DNA from: Hyphochytrium catenoides
Taxonomy: Eukaryota; Protista; Hyphochytriomycota
DNA: 50,782 nt
Direction of reading: 5' to 3'
NCBI GenBank assembly: GCA_900088475.1
Contig: FLMG01000978.1
Coordinates: 1 to 50,782, forward strand
Shown here: piece by piece, positions 12,854 to 25,098 of the stretch
How the letters are laid out: every line of letters starts with the position of its first letter
Position numbering within the stretch: position 1 is the stretch's first letter
The notes under the pieces: generated by a model
Databases searched by the model: none
Told to the model about the DNA's origin: nothing
What the model saw: only the letters and a program-made list of their open reading frames with translations
Program-made: the position numbers and the translations under genes

Positions 12854-14897
12854 TCAGGAGAAAGCAAATAACTGAAGGGAAGCGCTCCTTTGGTCCCCTC
12901 CTTCTCCAGCTTGACGGTTTGCTTCATGCTCTTCTTCCTCGTCCTCAGGGAAGTCAAAGTGTCTCATCCCCGTTCCAACGGCCAGAAAAGGATAGGAGGG
13001 GTGGACGGTCACCCAGCTGACAGCATCTAACAAGACAGAGAGATACCCAGAAATGGGAGAACGGCCGCCGTGAGAGGGACACACAGAACCCTTGACCGAG
13101 AGAGCAATAGTGGAAGAGACTTGTCGCATTGTACAGATTTTGAGGTGGCAGCTCTTAGGAAGAAATGGAATTCACCCGGAGACGGCCACTTTAGGTAGAT
13201 GAGCTAGAGAGAAGGGATGCTAAAGAGAGGGCCAGTATACCGTGAAAGCCTGTCAGCTCTTGCACTCGGCTTCCAGTAGTTGTCTCATAAATAAAAGCCT
13301 TTTTATCCTAATAGGCCCCAAACCGTGGTAGACAAGGAAATGGTTAATAGAGCAATCAAAGAGTTCTGAGAAGTGATGCCCAGAGAGCCTACCTGACTGC
13401 CCGTCACAAGGTATTTACCGCTGCTATCCAGATCAAACCCTACACGCTGTTGGTCCAGAGGAACAATATTGGTTTTTTGACTTGAAGAGAGGACCAAGAC
13501 ATAGAAAAGATCGGTGAAACGCTAGACATGGACTACACAGAGAAAGAAGAATGGTGGTGATTGGGCGAGCGAAGATGCAAAGAGAGATATTCGAGCCATG
13601 TAGAGAGAAGATACCACCTATCTTCTAGAGGCGACGTCTATTGAAGACGCTCCGTTGCAAAGTAGGTCGTGCTAACCTGGTTATTCTCTGCTACCCGGGT
13701 TGCTATCCAGAGTACTTCCAGTGTATTCCGAATGTCCCAACACGCCACGTCTGTATCCCGCCGCCCAGCTGTGTAGAGAAATCTTCCATCAGGAGAGAAC
13801 TGGACCTGAGTAACGCCATTGCGATGCTTCTGAAGGAAAGGAAGGGAAGATGGTGGTGGTCCAATGAGATTGAGGCTGAAAAGATGGGTAAGGACGGGCC
13901 TAGAGCGGCTGGGAATAAAGAAACGAAAACTGGTGAGGCCAAAAATTAGCAAAGCACCTGAAGTTCGAGAAGGACATCCTTTGAACGCTCTTCGTACACG
14001 CAAGTGCTACCCCCATACGAGCCCGCAGCGAAGACTCTATCAAGCAAGAGTCAGACCCACGTAATCAACAGGACAAAACGGTCAAATAGTTCTAGCTAAA
14101 TCTCCGTCAAATCGAGTAACATGATAGGACAGAAGAGAAGAAGTCTTATAAGGCCAACCGATTCAGCATGGAGACTTACCCAGAGTAGTCAGGGTTGAAC
14201 GCTAAGCAAGAGATTAGACCCCTGGCAGGAAGGCAAAAAACGAGAGGCCGGCGAGAGCGTTGGTTGGTGAGAGAGAGAGGAGAAGAAGGGGAGAGAGAGA
14301 GAAAGAAAGAGGCGATAGGCGAGGGGCAAAAAGATGTCCATCCAAATGTCACATCTCTGCCAATGCTTCCCCCTCTGTTCTTGTGCACAATACTCAGACT
14401 CTCTCTCTATTTATCTGTCGTCTGCCGCCTGCGCCCCATAGACATAGTGATGTCACACTAGCGTTCTCGGTCTCTTTTAGCTCACCTTTGTCCTTCTCTT
14501 CCCTTCTTCGTCTTGCATGTAGCTCTTTCTTGACACTTTCTCCCTGGACTGTCAGTATCGAACACGCGGATCATGCGCTCATATCCCGCATAGATGCGAT
14601 CTCCGGTCAGGTTGAAGGTGACCGAGGTCGCAGAGACGATCTCATCCAAGTGATTGTAGGCACGGTAGGAACAGCGCAACTAGAGAAACAAGCAAGAGGA
14701 CGAAGGACAAAGCGGCCGCAGCATAATGTGAATTAAGAGAGAAAAACAAGTACATTCACAGCAACAATCATCGAAGTATAAAGCATGAAGGTTAACGAGA
14801 TGGAAGCGCTTAACAAAGGCGTAGCTAAAGGCGCGGACAGAGGGTTGGCGGAAGCCTGCGAAGCGAAGGAGGCTGGACACGGCGCCCAGAAATGAAT

Positions 14898-14941
<44 letters not shown>

Positions 14942-15968
14942 NNNNNNNNNNNNNNNNNNNNCTCCTGTGAAGGCATCCCAAAGGTGAAGAGGATGGTCCC
15001 TCGAGGTGGTGAGGAAGCAGCAGGTCTCCGGCTGTAGAGATGACATCCTCGGGTACCAGCACACATCGTGCACAGCCTCAGACCGCGGCTGGGTGATCGA
15101 GGGACTCCAAGATATCTGGCGTACAGGACGTGAAGAGAGACAGTCGTTAGAGAAAACCTTGTGTTAGACTCCACATGAAGGTAGTGCATAGTCGGACTGC
15201 GATGAGACGGCCAGGAAGGTTATATGCATGAAGCAGGTGAAAAATGAGTGAGATGGGGAAAAGAGATGGACAGACGGCGCAGATTGGGGAATAGACGGAG
15301 AGGAAAGATGTGGAAGAGAGAGGAAAGGAAGGTGACTTAGTGACAGAAAAGACAGGAAGCAGGGATACCGACAGCACCCAAAGAGTGTGAAAGGCAGAGG
15401 GGCGAGAGAGAAGCGGAGAGGCAGAGAGAGAGAGAGAGAGACGGGATACGGATAGAAATGCCCTTGCCAAACAATAAAATGGCTTTGAACTCACCTTTTC
15501 GGTGCTATAGCTGCCTTGCTGTGCGCCGAGGAACGCTTGCTGAGGAATGTCAAAGAGACGGACAATGTTGTCTTCACTGTTAGAAAGGAGGCAGCTACCA
15601 TCAGGAGAGAACTTGCACGCCTTCACGAAGTTCTTGCTTTCATTCTCTGTCTCCTTCTCTGTCTCATCTCTCTTTTGAAGCTTCAGAGGAGGAGGGACAT
15701 TCTCGTCTTCTCTACGTTCATTGAGCAAGGCTGTCTGCCCTCGTCTAGAAGCAGTGAGAGGGTAGAAGGCGTCCCTCGCCTGCAATAGTAGAAGCCCAGT
15801 TCTGAAGTCCTTGAAGTCAGGGTAGTAGACTTCATGTTGAAGAGAGTCTCCTCCATCTCCTGCAGACACTTCTCCCGTGTCTGCAATCTCCGTAGAAGGT
15901 TCAGCTTGTGCAGTGTCCTTGATGGCCCCATCCGCCGCGTCAACGACAGCAGTGGCGCTCTGTTCCAT
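12854..15968 (-). CDS. WRAP53: WD40 telomerase Cajal body protein 1 (TCAB1/WDR79)
   Basis: NFVKACKFSPDGSCLLSNSEDNIVRLFD, WYPRMSSLQPETCCFLTTSRDHPLHLWDAFTG, RCSYRAYNHLDEI, IYAGYERMIRVFD, GLISCLAF, FAAGSY, GVTQVQFSPDGRFLYTAGRRD, NNQ/RVGFDLD, HPSYPFLAVGTGMRHF. One donor site falls in the N gap at 14942-14961. Confidence 0.92.
14901..14961. repeat. (GA)n microsatellite plus N gap in WRAP53 intron
   Basis: Perfect GA run followed by Ns. Confidence 0.9.
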
Positions 15969-16530
15969 CGTGCAAAGCACCGGCACTCTTCAGCCAACTG
16001 TCCTGCCAATCATGCTTCTTTCTCTTTCTCTGCGCTGCTATCTTTAGCCGGACCTCTAACTGAGATAGAGGCCTCTGCTACCGACCTTCTCTATAGCTGT
16101 GGGGGATCTATGGAGAGCAGAGGCTCTTCCCTACCTGGAGACGGCAGACGTTCTCAATCTGAAGGGCGATGGCGCCGACAATGAGAAGCATCTGAAAAGA
16201 TTTCTGCAGCTTGAAGCTTCAGAACCAGTCGGCTGCGGGCTTCTTCCGTCATTTTACATTTTCATTACGACACACGTTGTCGTGGTGCAACCCCTTAATA
16301 CCAAATACTATCTATGACATCCTGCAATGCTTACCATCAAACAGTGTGTTCCCAGACTGTAATTTACTATTTGGATCAGAACAACATTAGAGGAGATTAT
16401 TGCGGCTTCAGGCTTCAGCACTCAAACGCAAAGCTCCGGAAGATGCGTCTGAGGTCGCGATGACGAGCTCTGGGTGGAGTCAGACGCCTATTTGAGCCTC
16501 CTCTAGATCAGCATTCAGCCGAAAGCAAGC

Positions 16531-18810
16531 ATGGCTACCTATCCTCTGCGCTTGGGGAAGCTGTCAGCAAGGATGGCCCTTCCTAGCGTAGCCGATGCTG
16601 TTGTCTGCGGCGGAGGACTTGCTGGGCTGTCGACAGCATATCACCTAGTTTCGAAGGGAGTCAAGAATGTTGTTCTCGTTGATAGGTTACCGATAATGTC
16701 ACTTACCAGTGCGCGCTCCACAGCAGCTTATCGGAATTGGTGGGCATCTCCTGACGGCGACAACACTATGCTAAAGTTCATCAACAGCTCCATCGACAGC
16801 CTGGAGGAAGTGGCAGAGATGACTGGGAATATCATAGATATGAACCGCCGTGGATACCTCTTTGTCTCTTCTGATAAGGAGCGTGTACATCAGTATAGAC
16901 AAAAGGTACAAAGCGCCAGCAAAAGATGTCCCATCGTATGAGGAAAGCGGTGACAAGAGAGAACCGTGACAAGAGAGAACCAGGGGTGAGAAAGTGAATA
17001 TGACATAGATTCCAAGCGGATGAGCAGAGCGAGTCATGGAGAGGGAGAGACAGGTAGAAAAAGGGATCTCCTGAAGGAGCCGCGCTAGATCTGCGATAAG
17101 AAAGCTCAACGAAGAGAGGAGGCTGCGTAAGAGGGCCAGAATGAGAAACAAGGGAAGAAAAATAGCGGAACTAAGGGGAGGCAAATCAAAGTCAAAGGGA
17201 AGAGGTGAGGGCGAAAGGACGATAAAGGCAAGGAAAGAATATCGCCGGTCAAGCGAGAGACAAAGACACACAGACAGAGACAGACACAGAGAGAGAGAGA
17301 GAAGCAACGGAGAGAGGGAGAGGGAGAGGAAGCATATCTTCAATTACGTTGCCGCCATGACCTCAACCTCTCCTGCAAGTCCTTCTTACCTTTGTCTCCT
17401 TGACCTCTGCTTCTCCAGGCTACAATGGCGGCTGAGCAAGGCGTCGGGAGCCTTCGAGAGCACTCTTCTCTTTCCTCTTCCTATCAGCACTATTCTGCTC
17501 CTCTCCCTCTTCCATCCACAGCTCCAAAGGATGGCACGGATCTGCTAATCGGCGAGGAGATAATCCGCCACCACTTCTCCTACCTTAACCTGGAGAGCCA
17601 GGTTGCCCTCCATATACGGCGGTGCGGCTGGTTGGATGTGGAGATGTTAGGTCGCTATTGGGCTGGGATGGTGGAGCAGAACGGCGGAGCAATCATCAGA
17701 GCAGAGCTGAAGGGTGTGGGCAAAGAACAGACATCAGAAGGAGAGAGAGTAACGAGCGTGGATCTCCTCCTCGATGGCTCCCACTCTCACAAGATCTCCA
17801 CTCCTAACGTTATACTCGCGGGAGGGCCTTATGCTCCTGAGCTAAGCTCCCTATTGGGCGAGGAACTACCTCTAAAGACAGAGCTTCATGCTCGAGTCCT
17901 CTTCCCTGACATAGAGAGGCTCCTTCCGGAAGAGGCACCTTTCACGTTCCTGGATGATCCGGCTGGAAAACTATCCTGGCCGTCGGAGTTGATAGATAAC
18001 ATGAGGAAGCAATATCCTGAAAGAGACATTGAGAAAATACTAGGAAGAAACCATCCTGCAGGCGTACACGTCCGGCCTTTTGAATTGTCTCCTTTATCAC
18101 CGTCCCGCCTCTCGCTCTCGTCCTCTCCTACTCTTTGCGCCATCTGGACGTACGAGACAGAGTACGTCCCTCCTCTCTTCCCAGCAAAAGACAGAGTGGA
18201 TCCTCTTTACGGGTTGATCTGTCTCGGTGCTTTGGGAAAGTTGGTCCCAGGTATGGAGCGGTACCTAAAGATGGAGGAGGTGCTGGGGGCGCTCGATGTG
18301 GATGGCGGTTATTATTGCAAGGCTCAGGATCAAAGACCTATTCTTGGTCCTTTCACTAGGGTCAAAGGGTGAGACCACTTGCTATGTTCCTCTGCCCTCT
18401 TTCAATTCTAAGCTCTAATCTCCTTTTCTCAGTCTCTTCTTCCTTTTGGATCGCCCATTGCTGACCTAAACCTTGCATAGTCTTGTGCTCTCGTTGTGGC
18501 ACCGTGATCTTTCGTCCTCTGCCAGTGTCCAGGCTATCTTGGCTTCCTCTCGACGACTAAAGTGGCAGACGCGTCCTTGTCTAACCTTCAATTATCGGCG
18601 TTTAATAGAGCATTTGCCGCCTGCGGGCTCTCGGGCTTTGGAGTCATGGGAGCAGCTGCAGCGGGAGAGTTGGTTGCTGAGCATGTCAATGGTACCGTTC
18701 AGGACTCCAAATTTGCAGAGTACGCTACGTCTCTGTCGCCAGCCCGCTTCTTAGACTCAGAGTATCTAAAGAAGCTGGAAGCTGCTGATAAACTGCTTGG
18801 ACAAATGTAA
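16531..18810 (+). CDS. FAD-dependent oxidoreductase, DAO/glycine-oxidase family (3 exons), substrate unknown
   Basis: Rossmann motif VVCGGGLAGLSTAYHL, LTSARSTAAYRNWW, GGYYCKAQDQRPILGP and C-terminal GLSGFGVMGAAAAGELVA. Exons at about 16531-16905, 17419-18368 and 18609-18810. Confidence 0.85.
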
Positions 18811-18948
18811 AGACGCCAAATAAACGACGAAGAAACGTTGATAGCAGCATGACAAGGTAGTGTGCGGCATCAATACAAGGTTGCACGTCTTTCGACTAAT
18901 AAGACAGAAGAAAGATCTTTATTCTCAGCCTGGGATCCTTCAGTTGCG

Positions 18949-20737
18949 CTAAAGCTTAGACAGGCGGCTCTCTATCCCAGTCCCAAGAGCTGGCCTGTTG
19001 AGCTTGAAGCAGGCTGCCTCCTTGTCTGCTGTACGCCCGTCTTTAGCCATCTCCGCCAGCATTTTCCCGACGACTGGGGCTAGCTTGAAGCCATGACCAC
19101 TGAATCCACAGCCAACCACGAGAGACACGGAAGGATCAGGAAGAGGGAGAGAGTCTATAATAAAGTCTGCGTCTGGAGTCCAGGTGTACATACAGCTCTC
19201 AGTTAGCACAGGATGAGGCTCTACCCCTAGAAACGTACGGGCCAGGAAAAGCTGGACACTGGCCTCTAAATCTTTAACTCCCGGGCGAAAGTCTCTTTTA
19301 TCTGGGTCAACTTCTGGCCCGCCATGGTAGCAACATTTCAGCAAATCAGGGTACTCATGGCAGGGAAAGCCATAGATGTGATCCTCGTACGATATGAAGA
19401 CAGGAAACTGGGACGAGGAGTAACGAAATGGATCGGCGACTCGCCAGTACGCGACTGTGGTTTGGACTGGCTTTAATGGAAGACTCCTAGGTTCCAGAGA
19501 GAGTGCGACTTCCCCTGGAAGGTGCTCTGCTGTTGCCTTTGCTCCGCCCTTCTCTAGAAGTTTCTTGGTCCAAGCACCTGCGGTGACTATGCAACTCTTG
19601 GTGTAGATCCTCTCTCCTGAGTCAGTCTGCAAGACGAGCAGCCCATTGGGCGAGTGACCGGCAGGAGGTTTCGTTCGTATCGAAGATTGAGAGCCGACGG
19701 CGGAGAAAGAAGACCGGAGAGAGATGTCTACCACACGAGTGGACTCTTTGAAGACGCATCCATTCCTCTTGGCCAGTGTCTGAAACATATGGCACGCCTT
19801 CGTAGCATTTAAGATACCTGCTTCTGGGCTATAGAGACAGACAAAGTCAGAGGGAAGCTTCACTGCGCCGCCAAATCGCTCTAGAACCTCTTCTGCGGAG
19901 AGAACCTGGAGCTCAATCTGCTGACGCCTGAAGAGAAAAGAAGTAGATGTAGACCAAGAGAGATTATCATTACAGTAGCAGATGGTGAAGTGGGCCAGGC
20001 CCTCCGACAGAGCAATACGACGCAGTAGGTAGGCTAGGGCCAAATACAGAGAAAAGAAAGGGAGCTGGAAGTGTAGAGCCCAGTGCTAGCAAAAAGGACA
20101 ACGGAGGCGAAGATGGATAGCTCTTACCGCGCCACCTCGATAACATTTTTTAGGCTCTGGTTATCATGCCTCGCCATGTCAATGCCTCCTGTCTGCGTGA
20201 AGACCCTAAGGCCGCTGTCTCTCTCCGCCTCTGCCCAAAGCTTGTACGCCTGCTTCATGAGAGATGTGTAATGCTCGTCCTCGTAGGTCATTCGGATGAT
20301 CCTGAAAGAGAGGGAGAATTGACTCATTAGACTAAGATAAGCTTCCAGCTGATGCAAGATGGTTCCGATAGAGCGGGACTGAGCAGTGCTTCTATTACGA
20401 GATAGAGAAATGGTGCATTCGAGAGCGACGGTGCCAACAATGGACGGAAGGTAGCGACGGAAAGACCAAAAGAGGAGAGAGGAGTAACAACCAACCTTAA
20501 GCGGCTGTCTCCATACTACCTGCTCTCGCCATGGCTGGATCCTTTAGAATGCAAGAGTTGAAACTGCTCCAATACGAGAATGCGCGGCTTCTGCGCGTAA
20601 GTGTGAGCGGTTGAGGGGCTCGAGGAAGGATCAACGCCGGCTGCTGACCCCTTAGCTGCCGCATCTGAAGCATAGTAAGCGGTCGCACTGCCCATGATGC
20701 CCGCGCCAATTATAACGATATCATAAACGTCCTCCAT
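18949..20737 (-). CDS. PIPOX: Peroxisomal sarcosine/L-pipecolate oxidase (MSOX/PIPOX family)
   Basis: YDIVIIGAGIMGSATAY, LEQFQLLHSKGSSHGESR/IIR, ESCMYTWTPDADFIID (the Cys is the covalent-FAD site in this family), GCGFSGHGFKLAPVVG, and a C-terminal PTS1 SKL. Three exons. Confidence 0.92.
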
Positions 20738-21414
20738 GATGCCTAGACAGTTGACGAAACCGCTGATGCGGAGGGCAAGTGCTAGTCCTTATAGGTTCCA
20801 AAGCCAGTTGGTGCGTGCACTAGGACTCTGTGCCTCCTCAAGCCCCGACTGCTGGCTTGGGCTTGGGCTTGGTACTACGACTTTAAATGAACAGGATGAT
20901 GGAGACGAATCTGCGCAGAAGAGCAGGAGGGACTTCCACTATCTCTTCTGCTGCTGCCACAATGCTCCCTACTCTAGCATGGGTGCATAGTTGACAGGCA
21001 CGGGAAGAGACCAGGACCCAGAAGATGTGAGCTGCCTAGGTCCGACCCTTGCTTGCTCCAGCTGCTTGACTCATCATCAGAAGTCTCTGAATGCTTACTG
21101 TCTATCATTGAGCTTGCCAACAATGATGAGGAGGGTTATCGGCCACTTGGCGCCATCATCAAAACGCAGATCTTTCTTGAGTGACCATCACTCTTCAGAG
21201 CTCCTCCTGTAATACCTCGTTAGTGGACCAGAGGTAAAGGGAATGCAAAGAGAATGACACCTGCCCCATAGACAGGTTTGAGGCATTCATTCTATGACAT
21301 CTGAGACCACTTGAGAATTGGTCGAAGCTGAATCATGAATAAAAATCATGAGATTAGTTATCAAAGGACGAGAGGGCAGATGGGTTCGAAACGTGAAACG
21401 GACAAGAAACGGAT

Positions 21415-21441
21415 GGGGAAGAAGGGAGAGGGGAGGGGAGG

Positions 21442-21491
<50 letters not shown>

Positions 21492-21897
21492 CAGAAAGAG
21501 AGGGAGGAAGAGAGTGCGAGAGGAGGAGGGAGGGAGAGGGAGAGAGGGAGCCGGAGAGAGAGAGAAGTGGAGAGAGAGAGAAGGGAGAGAGAGAAGAAGA
21601 AAGAGCCATGGAAGAGGACCACTAGAGAGAGGAGAAGAAGAAGAGGAAGAGACTTGCAGGGGAAACAAGGGACGACGATAATAGAGAGTAGAGAGAGGTG
21701 ACAGGAGCATGCGCGCCATCACAAAGGCCATCATCAATCACAGAACAGCAACACCCACGCCCAAAGACCCAAGATCTCGTGATGAAACAGGGGATGTATG
21801 GGCGGCCCTGCAACGGCACGCGAGGACATGCTTGTAGGAGCCAGGATTCTTGTTGGATAGGACGCTGCTGCAGCCCCTGTAGCCCCAACAGGCAGAG

Positions 21898-21932
<35 letters not shown>

Positions 21933-21967
21933 NNNNNNNNNNNNNNNNNNNNNNNNNNNNNNNNNNA
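21415..21967. repeat. Two (GA)n/polypurine tracts (21415-21650 and 21895-21932) plus N gap
   Basis: Long purine-only runs on the + strand. Confidence 0.85.
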
Positions 21968-22548
21968 AGCCACAGCCCACCTGCCATCGTTCCTGTCTCT
22001 CATTCTGGCCTCCAGCCCCTTATAAACTGAGTAAAGATAGCTACTGAGGTCCAACCAGCCGTAACCTCTCTTCTCTTCGTACTGAACTTATTATCTCTCC
22101 GCTGATCCTCTAACTAACCGTCTCTCCCGCTCATCATAAGAGGGTTATTGACACTTCCTGTCGTCGAGGAGCGGATGGCAAGGCCTTACTGCTCGTACTC
22201 TCGGCGCTCTTCGGGCACAGATCCCCTTCTCCGTTTTTTGGCTCTGAAGATGAGCAGCAAGTCATAGAAATCCTTCTTCTTCTTCCTCCGGACACCTCCG
22301 CTTTTCCTTATTAGTCAACAGCCGTGCAGCCTCTTCGTGCTCACTCTCTGGTGGCAGACGCTCTGGTTTCCGTCTGCGCCGCCAGGCAAGAAAAAAGGGA
22401 CGCAAGCCCCGCCCCTTCTTAGTACACCTGAAGAGCGATAATAGGAGAACGAGAGAGTCAAAGAGTGGGCGCATCCCAACGTAGAAGGATCAACACTTTC
22501 AAACTTTCTTCAGGAACCGAGAGAAAGAAGAGATAGGACTATCCTGAC

Positions 22549-24777
22549 ATGTCGTCTGCTTCTGAAGCCGCGGTCCTTCATCATGCGGAAGCCTCGACTG
22601 TCATTGTTGAGCATGGCGTTGATCCCTTACCGTCTGCCCACCAGCAGACCGCTGACCCTGCCCTATTAGCAGGAGAGGCTTCCCATTCCCTTGAACAGAG
22701 GAGTGCCTCATTCAAATCTTCTTCTTCTCCCTCGTGCTCAGCAGCAGCAGAGGAGAGCCGTGGTGCTGACATCACCACATCCGCTCCTACTGTTCCTCCT
22801 GTTGCTTCGTGCTCTTCGTCTCCCGTAGCTGTTGCCGAGCCCACTCTTGAGGTCTCTTCAGCAGGAGGAGACAAAGATGTCAAGGCCAAGGCAACGCTCA
22901 GTCCTCGAGGAGGAACCCCACGTAACGCTTCCTCTTGCTCTTCTTCGTCTCAACCCGCCGTGGAAGTATGCCCTCATCGTGCCGTAGAGGCTCTGAAGCT
23001 CTCGATGAGTCCACGGGGAGGAGGAGGAGAGAGAGGCTCTACTCCTCAATCTTCGTCTCGTCCTAAGATGTCAGCACTCTCCACATTGAAAGGCGCGGAT
23101 GGCTCAACCTACCCAGAGCTGTCGCAAGCCCTTCCCAGTCCTCGAGGGAACGACGTCACGACGTCCCAGACGCCACGCACCACAGGGACAAAGATTTACC
23201 GGTCTAGACTCGCGCTTCCTGAGCTCAATTGCTCCTTCCACTCTCTCATCATGCACTATCTCTCTATCCGCCCTGACTCCCTGCCTCCTCCTTTTATCTG
23301 CCCCATAACCTCTAAGACATGGAGCGCCGCGCAGACGATAGAGACTACCAAGAAGATGGCCACTCAGCTTCATGCTCACGGCTTTAGGAAGGGCGACTGT
23401 CTAATGATGCACGCTCCTAACTGCTGGGAGTATCGCGTGTGCAGTCTGGCCGTTATGGCTCTCGGCGGCGTCTTCTCCGTAGCGAACCCTCAGTTTCGAG
23501 GGGATGAGCTGCAAGTCCAGCTGGAAGACTGCAAGGCTACGTGGGTCGTCACTTACACCGCCATAAAGGCTGCAGCTTTGGAAGCCTGTGGCGCTGTTGG
23601 GATCCCTAAAGAAAGATTCATCCTGATTGCAGGAGTGGGCACTCCGGCAGGCGCAGAGAAGGATGAGAGATGCACATCGTTTGACGAGTTCGTCAACATC
23701 CCTACCGAGGCTATCTCTTACCCTGAAGTAAGCACTGACATGAAGGAAGACGTCGCCTTTCTCCCTTATTCCAGCGGGACAACCGGCCGACCCAAGGGCG
23801 TCATGATCACTCACCATAATCTTGTCTCCAACCTCACTCAGCTGGCGACAGTGGACAAGATGAGGCAGGAGCACACGCTCGCTGTCCTTCCATTCTTCCA
23901 TGTTTACGGCTTTACTCTGTTGAACCTTGCCTGCGTGACGCACTCCTCCATGATCCTTTTCCCTAAGTTTGACTTGGCACTTTTTCTCTCTTCTATCGAG
24001 AAGTTCAAGGTGCAGTATCTCTTCATCGTCCCACCCATTGTCGCTCTACTTGCCTTCAACCCGCTAGTAGACAAGTTCAATCTCTCATCGGTCAAGCTCA
24101 TCACCAGCGGGGCGGCGCCTCTTCCAGAGACAACAGAGACACGAGTGCAGCAGCGCTTGGGGATTAGAGTACGAGGAGGCTACGGAATGAGCGAGCTTAC
24201 GACTGCGGCGACGATCTCATCGGAGTCTCGGTTTAAGCCTAACTCTGTGGGCGAGCTAGCACCAGGCACAGAGATGCGCCTTGTAGACCCAGATACCTTA
24301 GCAGATGCAGAAGAGGGAGAGATCTGGGTCCGTGGCCCGCAGGTGATGAAGGGCTACTGGGGAAGAGAGGAAGACACGAAAGCAACTGTGAGAGAAGACG
24401 GATTTCTCCGCACCGGAGACATTGGCAAGCTCGATGCGGAAGGCTTTCTTTATATAACAGACAGGCTTAAGGACCTCGTCAAGTATAAAGGGCACCAAGT
24501 CTGCCCAACAGAGGTGGAGGCTGTTCTGCTTCTTCATCCCAACGTTTTGGACTGTGCGGTAGTCAGCGCAATCAACGAGGAGAAAGAGGAAATACCTAAG
24601 GCCTTCATCGTCCTGAAGACAGTTGAGGGAGAGAAGACGACAGAAGAAGAGATCATGGAGTTTGTTTCTCAGAGAGTCTCGGCTTTCAAGAAGGTCCGGG
24701 CTGTCTCTTTCATCAAGGAGATTCCTAGAACCGCATCAGGGAAGATTCTCAGGCGACAGCTCAAACTTATGGCCTAA
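22549..24777 (+). CDS. 4-coumarate:CoA ligase/luciferase-like adenylate-forming enzyme with Ser/Pro-rich N-terminal extension; intronless
   Basis: Single 742-aa ORF with LPYSSGTTGRPKGV, VLPFFHVYG, SGAAPL, GYGMSE, GEIWVRGPQVMKGY, RTGDIG, DRLKDLVKYKGHQV and PRTASGKILRR. Confidence 0.92.
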   Translation: MSSASEAAVLHHAEASTVIVEHGVDPLPSAHQQTADPALLAGEASHSLEQRSASFKSSSSPSCSAAAEESRGADITTSAPTVPPVASCSSSPVAVAEPTLEVSSAGGDKDVKAKATLSPRGGTPRNASSCSSSSQPAVEVCPHRAVEALKLSMSPRGGGGERGSTPQSSSRPKMSALSTLKGADGSTYPELSQALPSPRGNDVTTSQTPRTTGTKIYRSRLALPELNCSFHSLIMHYLSIRPDSLPPPFICPITSKTWSAAQTIETTKKMATQLHAHGFRKGDCLMMHAPNCWEYRVCSLAVMALGGVFSVANPQFRGDELQVQLEDCKATWVVTYTAIKAAALEACGAVGIPKERFILIAGVGTPAGAEKDERCTSFDEFVNIPTEAISYPEVSTDMKEDVAFLPYSSGTTGRPKGVMITHHNLVSNLTQLATVDKMRQEHTLAVLPFFHVYGFTLLNLACVTHSSMILFPKFDLALFLSSIEKFKVQYLFIVPPIVALLAFNPLVDKFNLSSVKLITSGAAPLPETTETRVQQRLGIRVRGGYGMSELTTAATISSESRFKPNSVGELAPGTEMRLVDPDTLADAEEGEIWVRGPQVMKGYWGREEDTKATVREDGFLRTGDIGKLDAEGFLYITDRLKDLVKYKGHQVCPTEVEAVLLLHPNVLDCAVVSAINEEKEEIPKAFIVLKTVEGEKTTEEEIMEFVSQRVSAFKKVRAVSFIKEIPRTASGKILRRQLKLMA

Positions 24778-25098
24778 ACGCCACTATGCCGTCCAAGACG
24801 AAGCAGTTAAAAAAGATGCTAATGGCGGTAGGGGCGGGGATTGCGTGGAGGCAGGGCGAGAACGGAGTGTCAGTCTTGCAGCGAGGCGAAGAGAAAAGAA
24901 TTCAGCTAAACGAGAATAGTTCATAGGTTACATTGACTTCATAAGTAATGTACAGAGACTCTTTAAGGCAGCAATGAACAAGTTCTCTTTGCTCTATCCT
25001 CCGTTGCCTATAAGACTCTTCTATTGCTTCTTCTTCCAGCGATAGAACGCATTCATCTTCCCTCTCGCCTTGTCCTCCTTGGCTCTTTCTTGGTCCCG

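Noticed and set aside
16099-16317. Protein-like 72-aa ORF between WRAP53 and the DAO gene
   Set aside because: It has a non-ATG start, lies in a ~560-nt divergent promoter region, and has no recognisable homology or splice partner.
21120-21400. Box C-like ATGATGA (21123) and T-loop-like GGTTCGAA (21383)
   Set aside because: No matching box D with terminal stem and no tRNA cloverleaf.
21287-21737. ORFs rich in ER/RE or LS/SL repeats (also near 11.9, 34.1, 44.4, 46.4 and 48.8 kb)
   Set aside because: These are translations of (GA)n/(CT)n microsatellites, which contain no stop codons.
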